DNA of 64,000 nt from a virus: IMG/VR virus record IMGVR_UViG_3300033067_002067, positions 9,301 to 73,300 of that record, one strand, 5' to 3'. The number at the start of each line of letters is the position of its first letter. Position 1 is the stretch's first letter. The notes beneath the pieces are model-generated. The model was not told the DNA's origin and searched no databases. It saw only the letters and a list, made by a program, of their open reading frames with translations. This document shows, piece by piece, positions 43,573 through 52,567 of the stretch. The translations under genes were made by a program, and so were the position numbers.

Positions 43573-44428
43573 TGGTGTGTTTGCTCCTATCTTTGGTGCA
43601 ATCGCAGTAGTAGCTACTATTATGTTGTTTTTTGGTACCTACTTCACAGTAAGTGAGAATGAGCGAGCAGTTCTGACTCGATTTGGTCAGATTCAGTCAG
43701 TTCGCGACCCTGGTCTGCATTTCAAGTTGCCTTTCGTTAATAGCACTGCATTCTATCGCATTGACATTCAGGCAACTGGTCCTAAGCAGCCAGTGAATAC
43801 GTATACGATTGATAACCAGGAAGTAGACGTTCTGTTTACTATCCACTATCGAATCGATCCTAAGAGCATTGAATTCATCTATCGTAATGCTCAGGATTAT
43901 CAGCCCCGTCTAGAAGCAATGGCTATTGACCGCTTGAAGGCTGAAATGGGTAAGATTAACGTAGCTCATGTTGCTGAAAAGCGCGGATTGCTTCGTGATT
44001 CAATCAAGAATGCAATTGCAGTTGATGCTCTTGAGAAGTATGGTGTAACGGTTGTTGACTTCCAGCTGACGAATCTTGAATATACCAAGTCGTTTAAGGC
44101 CGCCGTTGAAGCTGCAGCTGCTGCCAAAGCAAACGTTGAAACTCGTGAACAGGAACGTGTTCAAGCTCTCTTGACTGCAGAGCGTATGCGAGTTGAAGCA
44201 AAGGGTAAGGCTGACTCTTATCTCTTCGAACGTGAAGCTGAAGCTAAGGGTATTAAGTTGAAGGGTGAAGCTGAAGCTGCTGCTATTAAGGCACGTGCTG
44301 ATGCTCTTGCTTCTAACGCCCAGCTTGTTGAACTTGAAAAGGCTCAGAAGTGGGATGGTCAGTTGCCCAAGCAGATTTTTGCTGGTGCACCTGTGCCCTT
44401 TATGCCAATTGATCAGGTGAAGAAGTAA
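43553..44428 (+). CDS. SPFH/Band-7 (prohibitin/HflK-like) domain protein
   Basis: N-terminal TM plus VLTRFGQI..V..PGLHFKLPF SPFH core plus C-terminal EA-rich coiled coil. Confidence 0.7.
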   Translation: MKMGSRNGVFAPIFGAIAVVATIMLFFGTYFTVSENERAVLTRFGQIQSVRDPGLHFKLPFVNSTAFYRIDIQATGPKQPVNTYTIDNQEVDVLFTIHYRIDPKSIEFIYRNAQDYQPRLEAMAIDRLKAEMGKINVAHVAEKRGLLRDSIKNAIAVDALEKYGVTVVDFQLTNLEYTKSFKAAVEAAAAAKANVETREQERVQALLTAERMRVEAKGKADSYLFEREAEAKGIKLKGEAEAAAIKARADALASNAQLVELEKAQKWDGQLPKQIFAGAPVPFMPIDQVKK

Positions 44429-44566
44429 TGTCACGAAAGCATAAGGGAATGAATTATCGGCTCAAGGCACTTCGCCTTGAGCTTGATATCTCGCGAAAAG
44501 ACCTTGATTGGTATCGCCGTAATAACAAGGATGTCGAGCTTGATCAGATCAAGCAGACTATAGTGG

Positions 44567-45031
44567 ATGATGAATAAGAAAAAGGCTATTCTGGTTGATG
44601 TGGATGGTACTCTACTCAACAACAAGCACCGCGAAGGATTCCTGAGAAGGCATCCTAAGCAGTGGAAGGATTACAACTACAATATGAAGTTTGATACTCC
44701 TTACGATGATATCGTTTGGCTTGTTAAGACCCTTCATAAGGCTGGTTGTACAATTCTAATCTGTACTGCACGTCAAGATCAAGCCGATATTATCGAGACT
44801 ACTCGTTGGCAGCTTGATGAAGTTTGTGGTCTAGAGGGCGTATACGAAAAGATCTACCATCGTGCTGCTGAAGACTATCGCGATGATACGGTTGTTAAGA
44901 TCGATCTACTTGAGCAAATCAAGCTAGATGGATATGAGCCGTACATGGTACTTGATGATCGTAATAAGGTAGTTAAGGCTTGGCGCGATGCTGGCCTTCG
45001 TTGTCTTCAAGTTCAGGATGGAGATTTCTAA
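44567..45031 (+). CDS. HAD-family 3'-phosphatase domain of polynucleotide kinase (T4 Pnk C-terminal domain homologue, encoded as a separate gene)
   Basis: ILVDVDGTL and C-terminal DDRNKVVKAWRDAGLRCLQVQDGDF vs T4 Pnk [25 protein letters not shown]. Confidence 0.75.
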   Translation: MMNKKKAILVDVDGTLLNNKHREGFLRRHPKQWKDYNYNMKFDTPYDDIVWLVKTLHKAGCTILICTARQDQADIIETTRWQLDEVCGLEGVYEKIYHRAAEDYRDDTVVKIDLLEQIKLDGYEPYMVLDDRNKVVKAWRDAGLRCLQVQDGDF

Positions 45032-45411
45032 TGTCTAAAGAATATTGGGCAGGGTTGTTTATTATGGGCGCAGGCGGTGCTTTAATCGGAGTTGCCCTTA
45101 AACCAGACGCTTGGGCGGCCATTTCCGCCATACTTGGTTTGTTTGTAATTGATGTTGGCCATGCCATCTATAAGGATGCAAAGGACAAAGCGAAAAATGA
45201 CCCTGCTTGATTTCTTTGGTAAAGTAATGGCAACAGGTGGCTTTTTTACTGGTGTTTCATTCTTTCTTCTGCTAATCTTTGGCCAAGCTATTGTTGAAGC
45301 AGGTGATAAGAATGAAACAAACAAGAAGATTTCTAGCCAAGTTCTCGGCGGGCTTTGCTTTGCTTTAATTGGCGGTCTTGCATTAATTACTGTAGGTAGT
45401 TTAGGATATAT

Positions 45412-45924
45412 TTGGGCACGATAATGAAAAAGACTCCTGTGTTTATTATGCTGTGTGGCTTGCCTGGTACTGGTAAGTCTACCTGGGTCAATACCGAAGC
45501 AACTCTTCTGGACGATGAATTTGAGAACACCTATATCGTTTCATCAGACAATTTGCTGGAAATGGTTGGTCGTGAATACGACCTGTCGTATAATCAGCTG
45601 TTTGGTGATGTGAGCTATATGGCTATTGAGCGCATGATGTATAAGGTGGCCAATAAGCTGTTTGAGCGACGCAATAACGTTATTTGGGACCAAACTAACC
45701 TTTCGGTCAAGTCTCGTAAGCGCAAGATTGATATGGTTCCAGAAGGATACTATAAAGTGGCTGTAGTGTTCAACGAGCCTGCTGACCATATGGAGCGTCT
45801 CAATAAGCGCGCTCTTGCTGAAGAGAAAGTCATTCCAGAGTTTGTTATTGATAATATGAAGCGTATGTTCGTCAAGCCTACGAAAGAAGAAGGCTTTGAT
45901 GACGTGATTGAAGTGACAATGTGA
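45412..45924 (+). CDS. P-loop polynucleotide 5'-kinase (T4 Pnk N-terminal domain homologue)
   Basis: LCGLPGTGKSTW vs T4 Pnk IGCPGSGKSTWA; DQTNLSVKSRKR vs DTNL. Confidence 0.7.
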   Translation: MGTIMKKTPVFIMLCGLPGTGKSTWVNTEATLLDDEFENTYIVSSDNLLEMVGREYDLSYNQLFGDVSYMAIERMMYKVANKLFERRNNVIWDQTNLSVKSRKRKIDMVPEGYYKVAVVFNEPADHMERLNKRALAEEKVIPEFVIDNMKRMFVKPTKEEGFDDVIEVTM

Positions 45925-46364
45925 TGAAAATCTTTAGCTGGCATTGGTGGCTTGGTCTTCCAGAGCCAGTAAAGGAAGACAAGCAAGCTAAAATCTATGA
46001 ATATTGGCGCAAGAAAGAACATCAGAAAGACGAGCAAGAGAAGACCAAAATGACCAAAAAGAAAGTTGCAACTCATAAGATTGATGATATTTTTAAGTTC
46101 TCTGTCAAAGAGATTGATGGAAAGGTCAGAGTTGAGATTGCATCCAACATTCATGACGATCGATACGGTTATATGGAAGCATCTTCTTGGTACTTCAACA
46201 CTAGCGCCGTGCAAACTGTGATTGATAAGCTAGTCGCATATCGCGATATGGCTATCGAGCTTGAGAAGAGGCTAACACCTCCTGAGCCAGAACCTACCAA
46301 GCCCGATAAGCCTGATTTTAAACTTCTCAATTTTGAACAAAAAGAGCCTGACAATGTTTCTTGA
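45921..46364 (+). CDS. hypothetical protein (147 aa)
   Basis: ORF. Confidence 0.5.
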   Translation: MMKIFSWHWWLGLPEPVKEDKQAKIYEYWRKKEHQKDEQEKTKMTKKKVATHKIDDIFKFSVKEIDGKVRVEIASNIHDDRYGYMEASSWYFNTSAVQTVIDKLVAYRDMAIELEKRLTPPEPEPTKPDKPDFKLLNFEQKEPDNVS

Positions 46365-46692
46365 TTGGTGGATGATTGTAGTTGTTTGGATTGTAGCTTT
46401 CTTTTGGGGCGAATGGCGCTATAAGAAAGGCATGGTTGATGGCTGCGAATTGGGTCTCGATCATGCTGAAAGAGAGCGTATGGAAGATAACGGCCGTCGA
46501 ATGGAAGCTTTCATTGAAGAGCTGAAGTTGCAGCCAGATGAACTGCAAAAGCAATCCATTGCTCTATATCTATACACTGCAAAACTTAAAGTTCTTGGTC
46601 TTCTGAAGTTTCATTCTGACGGAACTATGGAAGGCTATAACGGCAAGCGCGTTAAGCTTGTTGAAACTGTAGAAGGTCAGAAAGATAAATAA
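46333..46692 (+). CDS. membrane-anchored protein (119 aa)
   Basis: N-terminal TM. Confidence 0.45.
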   Translation: MNKKSLTMFLDWWMIVVVWIVAFFWGEWRYKKGMVDGCELGLDHAERERMEDNGRRMEAFIEELKLQPDELQKQSIALYLYTAKLKVLGLLKFHSDGTMEGYNGKRVKLVETVEGQKDK

Positions 46693-47111
46693 AGTTTGTA
46701 TCGTTGAAGTTAACAACGACTGGATGTGACTGCGGGGCAGTACCGCACAGGTCCACCAGAAGTATATTACTTGAGTGATAAGTTGGTGAAAGAGTCCAAC
46801 GTAAAAGCCCCTCTTAATCGAACGAGTATGATAGCCCAGGCTAGATGGCTAAGAAAGTTTGAAGTAATATATTTCTGATGGGCCTGAAATAGGATCGAGC
46901 AACAGAATCCGAGTTGATGGAGATACCCCGAGCAAGCTGGGTCAACGCAAGACAAAAGTAAATGCAAACGATAATGTTGCATCTGAAGAAGGCACTGGCG
47001 GATTCCGCCTAGCGGCCTAAACTTCTGGGTATGGGCACCGCCTCGAAACAGAATGGGCCCACTCACCCCTTTACTGGGGTGTTTTTATTTCAACAACAAT
47101 GATGAGGCATA
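46693..47111 (+). ncRNA. about 420-nt non-coding structured region ending in an intrinsic terminator; candidate ncRNA or leader
   Basis: no ORF in an otherwise gap-free region; hairpins gactgcgg-ggcagta-ccgcacaggtc and ggcgg-att-ccgcc; terminator cacccc-tttact-ggggtg plus TTTTT at 47064-47087. Confidence 0.3.
47064..47087 (+). terminator. rho-independent terminator
   Basis: cacccctttactggggtgttttt. Confidence 0.6.
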
Positions 47112-47555
47112 ATGTCATCAAAGAAGAAGAATCCAGTCGTCTATGAGCGATCACAGACGATAAATAATACTGATTTGCTTATCTATGTTGAACAACTTGG
47201 ACCTGTGAGTGAAGATATTGATCGAAAGGAATTTATCTTTTCGATAGATGGAACCACTAAACGAGAAGACCACGACCTCACAATTAGCGAGATGTACGAA
47301 ATTCTCACTACTGTGATCGAAAGTCTTTACGAGTACATTGATAAGCACATCGAGAATATTCTAGAGACCTCCAAAAAGTGTCTTATAGAATTTGAAGCTG
47401 ACGGAAAGACTCAGGAAGAAAGAGACCTTAAGAATAAGTGTTACTCAGTTTTCTTGAAGCGACTGCAAAAGAAGATCGACGACCAGTTTGATAATATCTC
47501 TGTAGAGTATTCAAGAGAAAAATATCTTCACTGGTTAAAGTTTTCAACGACCTAA
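47112..47555 (+). CDS. hypothetical acidic protein (147 aa)
   Basis: ORF. Confidence 0.5.
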   Translation: MSSKKKNPVVYERSQTINNTDLLIYVEQLGPVSEDIDRKEFIFSIDGTTKREDHDLTISEMYEILTTVIESLYEYIDKHIENILETSKKCLIEFEADGKTQEERDLKNKCYSVFLKRLQKKIDDQFDNISVEYSREKYLHWLKFSTT

Positions 47556-47575
47556 TTGGAGGCATATGAAAGAAA

Positions 47576-48043
47576 TTGCTCAAGCACCAACACGTAATCA
47601 TCCGCGCCGAGGTAAACCAACCACCTGGTGCTAACGATATCGATTCAACTCAACTGTGGTTCAAGAACCTTATTGAAGCGATCGGTATGAAGATTCTTTT
47701 AGGACCATTTGTTGTATATTGCGACATGCCTGGTAATCGTGGGATGACCGGCATTAGTGCTATTGAGACAAGTTCTATTACATTGCATGCCTGGGACGAA
47801 GATTCGCCCGGTGTTGTCCAGCTAGATGTTTATACTTGCGCTGACCTCGATTTGAGTATAGTATTAGATCATCTGAAGGTGTTTGCACCAACAGAAGTAG
47901 AATATCACTTTATTGATCGAGATGCAGACAAGTGGGAGGACTGTTGTGGTTCTGTTACTTGCGGTTGTGCAAACACTCCTTCCAAGATCAAGGTGATTGA
48001 TCAGGGAAAGGTTTCATATATGCAAGCCCAAGCAGCGGAATAA
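47576..48043 (+). CDS. S-adenosylmethionine decarboxylase-like pyruvoyl enzyme (SpeH/class 1b AdoMetDC-like)
   Basis: ETSSITLHAWDE resembles the proenzyme self-cleavage motif E-S-H-I-(S/T)-I-H-T-W-P-E. Confidence 0.5.
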   Translation: MLKHQHVIIRAEVNQPPGANDIDSTQLWFKNLIEAIGMKILLGPFVVYCDMPGNRGMTGISAIETSSITLHAWDEDSPGVVQLDVYTCADLDLSIVLDHLKVFAPTEVEYHFIDRDADKWEDCCGSVTCGCANTPSKIKVIDQGKVSYMQAQAAE

Positions 48044-48282
48044 TGGCTGAACTTATTTACATCGAGAATTTGGTTAACATTTCTCAAAAGATCGAAAAGC
48101 TAGTTGAAAAGCATGGCATTGATTATATCGATGCCTGCTTGCTTTATTGTGAAAAGAATGGTGTTGAAATTGAACAGCTAGCCGATATTATTAAAAAGAA
48201 TCCAAACATCAAAGGTAAGTTGCAAGGCGAAGCTGAAGCTCTTAACTTTATGAAGGAGAAAAGAACAAGGATAGTGCTATGA
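48043..48282 (+). CDS. hypothetical protein (79 aa)
   Basis: overlap. Confidence 0.45.
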   Translation: MAELIYIENLVNISQKIEKLVEKHGIDYIDACLLYCEKNGVEIEQLADIIKKNPNIKGKLQGEAEALNFMKEKRTRIVL

Positions 48283-48494
48283 AAGATGTTATTGTGGAGA
48301 TGCGCTGCCCGGCTGTTCAAATGAACTCGCGCATTACAATTACTCTAGATACTATGGAGCCAGCAGATGTAAAGGTATTGCTTGATCATCTGCAAGGCGA
48401 AATAAACTACCTGCTTAATGTGTATAAGCATGGTCAAAACTGGCCTCAGAAGCTTGAAGCAGGCGAAATTAAACCAGAGGAGATTTACGTATGA
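48279..48494 (+). CDS. hypothetical protein (71 aa)
   Basis: overlap. Confidence 0.45.
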   Translation: MKDVIVEMRCPAVQMNSRITITLDTMEPADVKVLLDHLQGEINYLLNVYKHGQNWPQKLEAGEIKPEEIYV

Positions 48495-48673
48495 ACGAGA
48501 AAGACAATAAGGACATTACTGATAAGTCACTTGATTGGGCTAAGCAGAATCCTACATTGACTGGCGCGGCAGCCGGTGCAGTTGTAGGTTCAGTTGTTCC
48601 TGTTATTGGAACAGCAGCTGGCGCAATTGTAGGCGCTATTATCGGACATTTGTCAGGTAAAGACGGAAAGTAA
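48491..48673 (+). CDS. glycine-zipper membrane peptide (60 aa)
   Basis: GAAAGAVVGSVVPVIGTAAGAIVGAIIG. Confidence 0.4.
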   Translation: MNEKDNKDITDKSLDWAKQNPTLTGAAAGAVVGSVVPVIGTAAGAIVGAIIGHLSGKDGK

Positions 48674-48674
48674 T

Positions 48675-48699
48675 GCAGGGCCCGGCTGCGGGCCCTTTT
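48675..48699 (+). terminator. rho-independent terminator
   Basis: cagggcccg-gctg-cgggccc followed by tttt. Confidence 0.55.
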
Positions 48700-48716
48700 G
48701 TTATTAGGAGATTAAT

Positions 48717-48908
48717 ATGACTGTAAGTGAACTTATTATTGAACTAGCACGTGTTGAAGATCAGAATGCTAAGATTGTATTCTATTACAATGATTTGGAT
48801 GGTACAGAATGTGCCTTTAATGTAGTAGGGCAGGCAAAGCCTGACGCAGAAGAAGTGCAGTGGATTAAAGATGAATTGAAGAACGTAGCAGTCTTTGTAT
48901 TGAGTTAA
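48717..48908 (+). CDS. hypothetical protein (63 aa)
   Basis: ORF. Confidence 0.4.
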   Translation: MTVSELIIELARVEDQNAKIVFYYNDLDGTECAFNVVGQAKPDAEEVQWIKDELKNVAVFVLS

Positions 48909-48910
48909 TC

Positions 48911-49777
48911 ATGACATTTCGACCTATCCTAGCTGAAACTCTGGACGATCCTTCCGTAATTAATTATCCAGTAGTTGCATCTCCCAAGCTCGACGGTATT
49001 CGCTGTCTTATTATTGATGGCGTAGCTGTCTCGCGATCTCTTAAGCCAATTCCCAACAAGTTTATCCAGCGAATTCTATCTGGCATGCCCGCCTTTGACG
49101 GTGAGCTAATGCTTGATGGTGCTAACTTTGACTCTGTTCAAAGTGCTGTAATGAGTGAAGATGGAGAACCAGCTTTTACGTATTGGGTATTTGATATCCA
49201 TAACCTAGGTGCTGGTTTTCTAGAACGTTATAACATGCTTGTCCGTACTGTCAGAGAACTTAACAACCCATATGTCAAAGTTTTAGAGCATGCGATTGCT
49301 GATTCTGTATTTGGATTAGCCAATTACGTTGCTAAGAATGCTGGTGATGGGTTTGAAGGTACTATGGTTCGCGATCCAAATGGTCGCTATAAGCATGGTA
49401 GATCTACTCTCAAGGAAGCACTACTTCTCAAGATTAAAGCTTGGTATGATCTAGAAGGCAAGGTAATTGGCTTCAAAGAACAGCTTAAAAATACAAATGA
49501 GAAAGAGAAGGACAAGAGAGGTCTTTCTAAGCGATCGAGCAAGAAAGAAGGTAAGGTGCCTGCTGATACGCTCGGTTCGTTAGTATGTGTAATGGAAAAT
49601 GGTAATGAGTTCGATGTGGGCTCTGGACTTACAGCTGCACAAAGAAAGCATATTTGGAAGAATCAAGACAAGTTCCTTGGTAAATATGTGACTGTAACGT
49701 ACCAAGAACTTACAAAGGACGGAGTACCTAGATTCCCTGTATATAAGGGATTTAGAGATGAGAAAGATATGTCATGA
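48911..49777 (+). CDS. small ATP-dependent nucleic-acid ligase (KxDG family), 288 aa
   Basis: motif I SPKLDGIRCLI; motif III WVFDIH; motif IV-like FEGTMVR; motif V LLLKIKAW. Confidence 0.65.
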   Translation: MTFRPILAETLDDPSVINYPVVASPKLDGIRCLIIDGVAVSRSLKPIPNKFIQRILSGMPAFDGELMLDGANFDSVQSAVMSEDGEPAFTYWVFDIHNLGAGFLERYNMLVRTVRELNNPYVKVLEHAIADSVFGLANYVAKNAGDGFEGTMVRDPNGRYKHGRSTLKEALLLKIKAWYDLEGKVIGFKEQLKNTNEKEKDKRGLSKRSSKKEGKVPADTLGSLVCVMENGNEFDVGSGLTAAQRKHIWKNQDKFLGKYVTVTYQELTKDGVPRFPVYKGFRDEKDMS

Positions 49778-50109
49778 CAAAAGTATTTGCAAAACATCCT
49801 CCATATGAGAATGGTCATTTAGGCGAGGTGATGGAAGATATGAAGCTAGCTGGCCCTCCTACTGTTCGTGTTATGCGATTTAATGGAGAGCTATTTGCCA
49901 CAGAAGCTTCACATCGTCTTGCTTCTGCTGCTCTGATGGGACTTATTCCCAAAGTTGTAATTGAAGTTGAGCAATCTGACACTCTTCCTAATGAACATTG
50001 GCAAAAGGTAGCCACGACTCTTCCTTCATATGATTATGACCATGTGTTGAAACTAGATCTCGAAGTGTTTAATTCTGATAAGTACAAGCATCTAGATGAG
50101 CCCGTTTGA
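49774..50109 (+). CDS. hypothetical protein (111 aa)
   Basis: ORF immediately before the gp59 homologue. Confidence 0.5.
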   Translation: MTKVFAKHPPYENGHLGEVMEDMKLAGPPTVRVMRFNGELFATEASHRLASAALMGLIPKVVIEVEQSDTLPNEHWQKVATTLPSYDYDHVLKLDLEVFNSDKYKHLDEPV

Positions 50110-50677
50110 AGCCTATAAGCTGTACGTAGCTATTCGCAATCACTTTAGACAGAAGAGCTACGACTACTTTAAGTACAAAGGTAAACTGACATTTACTATT
50201 GCTGCTTATCACAAGCGCAATGATAAATGGCTGTTTGAAAGACTTGCATCGCGATCAGATCCGTTAGGTTGGCTGGTCGCTAATTTTGTCACAAATGACA
50301 GCTTTTGGTTGGGTGATGCTGGTGAGCTTGATCTTACCTATCGCGATCGAAAGAAGGTATGGGATGCACAAACCCATTTCTTTACACAAGATATTAAGAA
50401 GCTCAAAAAGCCAATTAAAGAGCTGATTGAAGTAAAAGATGGCATGCCAGAAATTATTCTGCGCTATCTGAATAAAGACATCTCAATTGAGACTATTACA
50501 ATCTTTGCCGATGTAGTTGGTTGTTACAGCTACTGGAACAAAGAACTCAAGAATGATATCATTTGGGATCATATAGGACTTAAGCTCAAGAAGTACAAAC
50601 CGTTTCTTTCCTACGACAAGAAAAAGTATCTTGACATAGTGAAAAAGCATTGCACTCTGGTCAACGAGTCTGTATAA
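50096..50677 (+). CDS. 59: helicase-loading protein (T4 gp59 homologue)
   Basis: YKLYVAIRNH...AAYHKRNDKWLFERL vs T4 gp59 YKLYLMIKQH...AAYQKRRDKYFFQKL. Confidence 0.75.
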   Translation: MSPFEAYKLYVAIRNHFRQKSYDYFKYKGKLTFTIAAYHKRNDKWLFERLASRSDPLGWLVANFVTNDSFWLGDAGELDLTYRDRKKVWDAQTHFFTQDIKKLKKPIKELIEVKDGMPEIILRYLNKDISIETITIFADVVGCYSYWNKELKNDIIWDHIGLKLKKYKPFLSYDKKKYLDIVKKHCTLVNESV

Positions 50678-50754
50678 TAGCTAAATATTGACGGTGCTGG
50701 TCACCACAATATTAAAAATACGAACAATACACACAATATAAGGAATATACTAAT

Positions 50755-51651
50755 ATGGCTAATACATCATTTGCACAACTTAAGAAGTCCCGCCAGGCAC
50801 AGCTTGATAAGCTAACCGAAGCAATTAACGCTCAGAGTGCCAAAGCAAATCCCAAAGACGATTCTGATATGTACTGGAAGCCAACTGTAGACAAGGCTGG
50901 TAACGGCATGGCTACGATTCGTTTTCTTCCTGCTCCTATGGGTGAAGATCTTCCATTTGTTCGCGTATTCTCTCATGCATTCCAGGGCCCAACTGGCTCA
51001 TGGTACATTAATAACTCCCTAACCACTATCGGTCTTAAGGACCCTGTTGGTGAGTTGAATGCAAAGCTGTGGAATAGCGGCGTTGAGTCTGATAAGGAAA
51101 TTGCTCGTAAGCAGAAGCGTACTCTTAAGTACTATGCAAACGTATACATCGAAAAGGATTCTGGCAATCCTGAAAACGAAGGTAAGGTTAAGATCTTTAC
51201 TTTTGGTAAGAAGATTTTCGATAAGCTTAATGAGGCTATGAACCCTCAGTTTGAGGACGAGCAGCCTATGAATCCATTTGATCTATGGAGCGGTGCATCG
51301 TTTAAGCTCAAGATTCGTGAGGTAGAAGGCTACCGTAACTATGACAAGTCTGAGTTTAACTCTCCTGCTCCGTTGTTTGAAGACGAAGATAAGATGGAAG
51401 CTGTCTGGAAGCAGTGTCATTCACTCCAGCAGTTTGTTGATCCTAAGAACTTTAAGACTTGGGATGAATTGAAGAGTAAGCTTGATAGCGTATTGGGGCT
51501 TGATGCTCCAGTTAAGCGCAAGGCAGTAGAAGAGGACGATGAGTCTCCTTTTATTGATACTCCAAAGGCAAAGTCTAAGCCTTCTAAGGTTGAAGCAGCA
51601 GATGAATCAGATGATCTTGATGCATTGCTGTCTAAGCTAAATGCAGACTAA
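50755..51651 (+). CDS. 32: single-stranded DNA-binding protein (T4 gp32 homologue)
   Basis: KAGNGMATIRFLP..., ENEGKVKIFTFGKKI, acidic DLDALL C-terminus; all parallel T4 gp32. Confidence 0.85.
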   Translation: MANTSFAQLKKSRQAQLDKLTEAINAQSAKANPKDDSDMYWKPTVDKAGNGMATIRFLPAPMGEDLPFVRVFSHAFQGPTGSWYINNSLTTIGLKDPVGELNAKLWNSGVESDKEIARKQKRTLKYYANVYIEKDSGNPENEGKVKIFTFGKKIFDKLNEAMNPQFEDEQPMNPFDLWSGASFKLKIREVEGYRNYDKSEFNSPAPLFEDEDKMEAVWKQCHSLQQFVDPKNFKTWDELKSKLDSVLGLDAPVKRKAVEEDDESPFIDTPKAKSKPSKVEAADESDDLDALLSKLNAD

Positions 51652-51673
51652 ACCCTAACTTTCGTGAGAGCAA

Positions 51674-51705
51674 AAGAGCGGCCATTACAGCCGCTCTTTT
51701 TTTAT
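51674..51705. terminator. bidirectional rho-independent terminator between convergent gene blocks
   Basis: aagagcggc-cattaca-gccgctctt plus T7 run; plus-strand and minus-strand genes converge here. Confidence 0.65.
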
Positions 51706-52547
51706 TTGTTCATAACCTCAAATGGTGCAAAGACCAACCTGATAGGTAATGTGACGATCTCAAGCATGTTGAGATCTTTTTCTTTCTTTAATGGTGATTT
51801 CCAATGAGCTACATTGCCCATCGGAACTGATGGCATAGCATTATGCTTTTTCAACCATCCTTGCACAAATGGATTAGCGCCAGTATAGATTCTACCCAAC
51901 CCTTGACCCTCTCCCAATGACATGTGCATATTATCTACACCCAACCCGCCTTTTCTTTTCCCCTGAATAGCAGTAAAATAAAGGCCACTTGATAGCTGAT
52001 TAGCTACATTGAGTCCATATTTGGTATGCAGATACTTGTATGATCCTTGTGCTAGCACTTCATATGTTCTATACGTATGAGGATTATCGTACGCATTGTC
52101 CATAATATCGCGAGTGCCTCCTACAAACTGGCCAAGAAAGCGATCGAAGATCTGCAGATCAACTGCTCTCCCAACTGAATGTAGCATTGCTGCTGGTCTC
52201 ATTCCTCCTTGAGGCTGTACGACATATCTTGTATTGGGGTCATTTGGATCGCCAAAAGCAATCTTTGCCCCTTCAAATATAGCCTCGACAAGTTGTCTAT
52301 TAACACCCTGTCTAATCAGATTGTCGAATGATAGGTTTGGACCAGGTCCATATAATACCTTAGGCATTTTTGGCTTTTGCTTTAATGCTTCTGGTATTAC
52401 TACTGGATACACCAGATGCGGCAGCTCAATTGCTGGCATGGGTGTATAACTTCCCTCTGTTTTACTTGATGTACTATTATAGATGACCACAGAAAGAACA
52501 ATTACGTTTACGCAAGCCAGAAGCCTGCGCAACCTTAACGGTTTCAT
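51702..52547 (-). CDS. peptidase M15 (VanY-like) peptidoglycan peptidase with N-terminal signal anchor; endolysin candidate
   Basis: MKPLRLRRLLACVNVIVLSVVIY signal anchor; HSVGRAVDL (SxHxxGxAxD) and VDNMHMS (DxxH) zinc motifs. Confidence 0.6.
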   Translation of the reverse strand: MKPLRLRRLLACVNVIVLSVVIYNSTSSKTEGSYTPMPAIELPHLVYPVVIPEALKQKPKMPKVLYGPGPNLSFDNLIRQGVNRQLVEAIFEGAKIAFGDPNDPNTRYVVQPQGGMRPAAMLHSVGRAVDLQIFDRFLGQFVGGTRDIMDNAYDNPHTYRTYEVLAQGSYKYLHTKYGLNVANQLSSGLYFTAIQGKRKGGLGVDNMHMSLGEGQGLGRIYTGANPFVQGWLKKHNAMPSVPMGNVAHWKSPLKKEKDLNMLEIVTLPIRLVFAPFEVMNK

Positions 52548-52567
52548 ATGTGTTTCCTTTTAGTTGT

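Noticed and set aside
46767-47066. 99-aa minus-strand ORF inside the non-coding region
   Set aside because: No RBS, odd composition, and it overlaps the terminator hairpin.
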